From the IMG/VR virus record IMGVR_UViG_3300046028_001155, positions 1-28,683 of that record: 28,683 bases of DNA. One strand, 5' to 3'. A program made the position numbers and the translations under genes. The notes beneath the pieces were generated by a model that saw only the letters and a program-made list of their open reading frames with translations, had not been told where the DNA came from and did no database searches. Within the stretch, counting starts at the first letter, position 1. The number at the start of each line of letters is the position of its first letter. Positions 25,291 to 28,683 of this stretch are shown here, piece by piece. This DNA comes from a virus. Lineage: Duplodnaviria > Caudoviricetes.

Positions 25291-27734
25291 GTTACAGTCA
25301 AAAATATTATTTCACGTTTTATTCGGACAGAGATACTAGGAAAGTCGATTGCTTTCCAGATGAATACCTTTGCAGTATTTCGCAATTAGATTATTCAGGT
25401 GCATCCACAGAGATACAGGCTCAGCAAAATCCTATACAAATAAACTATCAGAATACATCAAGTAATAAGCTAGAGCCTATCATCGGATCTGAGTGTACGT
25501 TAAATCTAATAGCTACTGAGAACTTTGAGCTAGAAGACTTATATACTGAGAATGAGCGTGAGTTCATGGTGCAAATTTATCGTAAAGAAAAGCCATGCAA
25601 ATTGACTGTTAACTGGGATATGAGTGAGGTGGCTGCGGAGATGGATTTAGAAATATTTGTCAATGGAGTTAGCGAGGTTTTACAGTTTACTACGGCATCA
25701 GGCTCATTCGAGATAAATCAGGGCGATACTGTTTTAATAAAACCTTTTGCAGCAGGACCATCAGCAGGTGGCATACCGGGTATGAATTTAGAGATTACAG
25801 GATTACCAACTCAAAGAACAACTACCTATCCGTTTTCAATAGATGTTAGCTTAGTGCCAACAACTGACATATTTATAGAGGCTTACACTACATATTCAGC
25901 AACAACCTATACGGCAATCCGTTCAGCGGTATTTGAGACTTCTTGCGCATCTGGTGAGGGTTCTTTAGAGGTCTTTACTAAAAATTACAATAGCGTGACA
26001 AGTCAAGCAGCAGCTCAGGCTCTAGCAGATGCTGATATCGGATTTACGGCAGAGGGGCAAGCCTATGCAAATGCAAATGGTGTTTGTTATGTTAGTCCTG
26101 GCGAGTTTGAGGATTTAATCTGGCAAGGCTTTATCATTCCAGATGGATGTCAGGAGTCTTTTACATTTCCGCCTTATGTTATCTCTGTGAATGCGGTTGA
26201 TGGAATAGGGTTGCTAAAAAATCTGTCCTATGTCCAGAACGACGGTAATTTCTATCTAGGTAAACAAACTTTTATAGAAGTCATACAGGCTTGTTTGGTA
26301 AGGTTAGAAGCACCTGCATTGTATCTAAATACTTGCGTTAATATCTTTGAAGATAGCATGACGCAAGGCGATACATACGATCCGCTAGATCAATGCTATG
26401 TAAATAGTGAAAGGTTTTTAAAGGATGACCAGTTTAATCCTATGAGTTGCGAGGAGGTTCTTAGATCTGTTTTAGAGTTATGGACTGCCGTATTAGTACA
26501 AAGTTCTGGCGAATGGTTTATTTATAGACCAACGGAGTTAGCCGTAGATGGCAGTTTGACTTTTAGAAGATATTTAGAGGGTTACAGGGTTTATGATCAA
26601 TCTACATTGACCGAGAATTTAGATTTAGTTTTAGGTGGTGAAAGTGAGGGCGTAATTGCAGCTCCTTATTTCCATATCAATACAGATCAGATGAAAATGA
26701 TTGACAGACCGTACAAAAATGCGTCAATGTCTTTTTTATATGGTGCAGTAACCTCTTTGATTGTAAATCCAGAATTTGTTGGATGGAATGGCATAACTTT
26801 TACAGATTGGGCAAAGAGTAATGTTTTATTACCACTTACAGAAGATTCAGGCGGTGGCGCTAAATTGGGCAATGTAACTGCATCTCCTGGTCCTTATGAG
26901 TATATTGAAAACATTACACCTGCGCCAATTACAGAGGGCGATATGGTTGTTTTTAAGATGAGCTATTATAACTATATCTCAGATGGACCAAGTGCAAGAG
27001 TTATGCTAACTGATGGATTAACTACATGGTATTTAGATCAGACTGGCGAATGGTCGGTAACCGATACCAGAATAAACGGCTTAACCTTGCAATACTATGA
27101 GGGTGTTATGAGTATTACTGCACGTAGAGCACCAATTACAGGAAACCTAACTATTAGACTATACGAAGCACGTGAGGACTTAATACCTCCATCTATTGAT
27201 TTATTTATTACTTATAGATCAGCAAGTATAATTCCAAACATAGGCACAGAGGATCCTATTGGTGAAATGCATACGGCTACACAAACAGGCAAGTTTACTT
27301 TTGTGCCAGAAACTGTTAATCTGTTTAATGGCGATACAACATCAAATTTATATCTAAGCGGAATTTATCAAGCAAATCAAACTACGCTAACCAGTTTATG
27401 GAATCGCAGAGGAATAGCTGAGAGCATTTTGGCTCAGCCTTATGAATCTAGCAAAGAATTTTTACGGATTGCAGTTGAGGAAAAACAAAGGCTTTATGCA
27501 GGACCATTTGTGCGCTTTGAGGGATCTATATTTGGATACTTTAATCCTTTGCAGAGGTGGTCAATTAATTTAATAGAGGGTTATTTTATGAATTTAAGCC
27601 TAAACTATGACTTACAGCAGAATATCTGTAAAGCAGTTTTAGGTAGAATAGTAGATGACGAAATTGCTCTGGATTATACGTTAACTCCAGATTACGGAGC
27701 GACAACAAAAGTAACAGTAAAAGGAACGCCATGA
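25287..27734 (+). CDS. Tail-tip / hub-like structural protein with an inserted DUF5977-like domain
   Basis: Immediately after the tape measure gene; beta-rich; SQAAAQALA......GQAYANANGVC motif. Confidence 0.7.
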   Translation: MSYSQKYYFTFYSDRDTRKVDCFPDEYLCSISQLDYSGASTEIQAQQNPIQINYQNTSSNKLEPIIGSECTLNLIATENFELEDLYTENEREFMVQIYRKEKPCKLTVNWDMSEVAAEMDLEIFVNGVSEVLQFTTASGSFEINQGDTVLIKPFAAGPSAGGIPGMNLEITGLPTQRTTTYPFSIDVSLVPTTDIFIEAYTTYSATTYTAIRSAVFETSCASGEGSLEVFTKNYNSVTSQAAAQALADADIGFTAEGQAYANANGVCYVSPGEFEDLIWQGFIIPDGCQESFTFPPYVISVNAVDGIGLLKNLSYVQNDGNFYLGKQTFIEVIQACLVRLEAPALYLNTCVNIFEDSMTQGDTYDPLDQCYVNSERFLKDDQFNPMSCEEVLRSVLELWTAVLVQSSGEWFIYRPTELAVDGSLTFRRYLEGYRVYDQSTLTENLDLVLGGESEGVIAAPYFHINTDQMKMIDRPYKNASMSFLYGAVTSLIVNPEFVGWNGITFTDWAKSNVLLPLTEDSGGGAKLGNVTASPGPYEYIENITPAPITEGDMVVFKMSYYNYISDGPSARVMLTDGLTTWYLDQTGEWSVTDTRINGLTLQYYEGVMSITARRAPITGNLTIRLYEAREDLIPPSIDLFITYRSASIIPNIGTEDPIGEMHTATQTGKFTFVPETVNLFNGDTTSNLYLSGIYQANQTTLTSLWNRRGIAESILAQPYESSKEFLRIAVEEKQRLYAGPFVRFEGSIFGYFNPLQRWSINLIEGYFMNLSLNYDLQQNICKAVLGRIVDDEIALDYTLTPDYGATTKVTVKGTP

Positions 27735-28075
27735 TGCTATTTATAAATGATATGCCTGTAGGTTGTTTGACTTCTGTAAGTAGATCAGAGCAGATTTCGT
27801 TTTTAGGAACGTGCAAGACTACCCAGTCAGGCGGACTGACGCAATTAGGAAGGCTCTACACGTACTCTATACCCTTTGAGGGTGTTATGACTACTGACAG
27901 TAATATAATGTCATGGACAGGCTTAAAATCGCTTGAAAGAGTTAAGATAGATTGGGAAATTACAGGCGATGGCATAGAGGGTGAGCAAGGGCAGGGATTT
28001 ATAGAAAATTTAGAGATAGTGGGTGAGGTGCAGGATTTTATTAAATTTAGTGGTAATATAACAGGCTATGACTGA
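27731..28075 (+). CDS. Tail tube-like paralog 2
   Basis: PVGCLTS, YSIPFEGV and G.GFIENLEI.G...FIKFSG.ITG align by eye with the major tail protein. Confidence 0.75.
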   Translation: MMLFINDMPVGCLTSVSRSEQISFLGTCKTTQSGGLTQLGRLYTYSIPFEGVMTTDSNIMSWTGLKSLERVKIDWEITGDGIEGEQGQGFIENLEIVGEVQDFIKFSGNITGYD

Positions 28076-28523
28076 TTTAATGCTTTATATAAACGATACG
28101 CCGGTCGGGTGTTTGCTTAGTAATAATTTAGCTGAAAATATCAGCTTTATTAAGACTTGCAAATCTACGCAAGACATGGCTCAGAAGCAGTTACCTCAGT
28201 TGCATTCTTATTCTATTAGTTTTGAGGCGGTTTATTCGACAGATCAAGCAATAATAGGTTGGGATCAGCTAAAAGATTTAGGCAGATCAAGACAGATTAT
28301 GGACTGGTCAATGCTTAACACAGATACGAATGAGGGCGATGCAGGTGAGGGATTTCTGGAATCTTTAGAGATTAGCGGAACTAGCGAAGATTTTGTTAAA
28401 TTTACAGGAGTTATTACAGGATATGGGGCTATTGTAGATGCCGAGATTAACTACTATGTCTGGGCGCAAGATGCGAGTGTTTATGTGGATAACGGTGGAG
28501 ATGAATATGTATTTGTAATTTAA
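28068..28523 (+). CDS. Tail tube-like paralog 3
   Basis: PVGCLLSN, YSISFEAV, GEGFLESLEISG...FVKFTG.ITG.G. Confidence 0.75.
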   Translation: MTDLMLYINDTPVGCLLSNNLAENISFIKTCKSTQDMAQKQLPQLHSYSISFEAVYSTDQAIIGWDQLKDLGRSRQIMDWSMLNTDTNEGDAGEGFLESLEISGTSEDFVKFTGVITGYGAIVDAEINYYVWAQDASVYVDNGGDEYVFVI

Positions 28524-28529
28524 AAGGAT

Positions 28530-28682
28530 ATGCCAGTAATTAATGGAGTTTACTTAAAGGATTTTACTGCATTACCGGGAGCGGTTGCAGATGCAGACAT
28601 AATACCTATTGCTATAACAGGCAATCAGATAGCGTACAGAACGACAGTAGCGGGAATTGTAACGGATGCTAGAGTAACAAGC
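28530..28682 (+). CDS. Partial (5' end) probable tail fibre/structural protein
   Basis: MPVINGVYLKDFTALPGAVADADIIPIAITGNQIAYRTTVAGIVTDARVTS..., open to the window end. Confidence 0.55.
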   Translation, partial: MPVINGVYLKDFTALPGAVADADIIPIAITGNQIAYRTTVAGIVTDARVTS

Positions 28683-28683
28683 A

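Noticed and set aside
5433-27816. Minus-strand ORFs in the track (5433-5666, 7852-8097, 8138-8320, 9524-9745, 15044-15391, 16381-16563, 16577-16786, 21832-22035, 23268-23567, 25188-25385, 26687-26872, 27586-27816)
   Set aside because: All are antisense shadows of well-supported plus-strand genes and have no recognisable motifs.
1-28683. Stop-codon recoding, tRNA genes, restriction-site avoidance
   Set aside because: Genes are full length in the standard code and no tRNA cloverleaf was seen. GATC, CCGG and GCGC all occur, and any subtler avoidance needs a k-mer count I cannot run.

Overview
A 28.7-kb segment of a tailed dsDNA phage (siphovirus type) with all credible genes on the + strand. 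The host is probably a Bacteroidota/Flavobacteria-like bacterium, inferred from TAnnTTTG/A promoter boxes, A-rich leaders without a Shine-Dalgarno sequence, and a DUF5977-like domain. Gene order: end of lysis module (partial holin-like gene, M15 peptidase endolysin); small early genes; ERF recombinase operon; replication (initiator with internal iterons, SF4 helicase, DUF1064-like nuclease); an AT-rich ParB / glycosyltransferase / GNAT / IbrA-IbrB cassette; HNH, TerS, TerL; portal, MuF fusion, prohead protease, HK97-fold capsid; five glycosyltransferase-like genes plus a membrane micro-protein inside the structural operon; head-tail connectors, tail tube, frameshifted chaperones, tape measure, tail-tip protein, two further tube paralogs and the start of a probable fibre gene. 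The most notable points are a probable virion-glycosylation cassette, a candidate packaging-linked DNA-modification cassette, and a twice-occurring covarying pseudoknot/attenuator RNA motif ahead of the recombination and replication operons. No integrase, clear repressor, tRNA or CRISPR array was seen. All family assignments come from motif recognition by eye, not from database searches.
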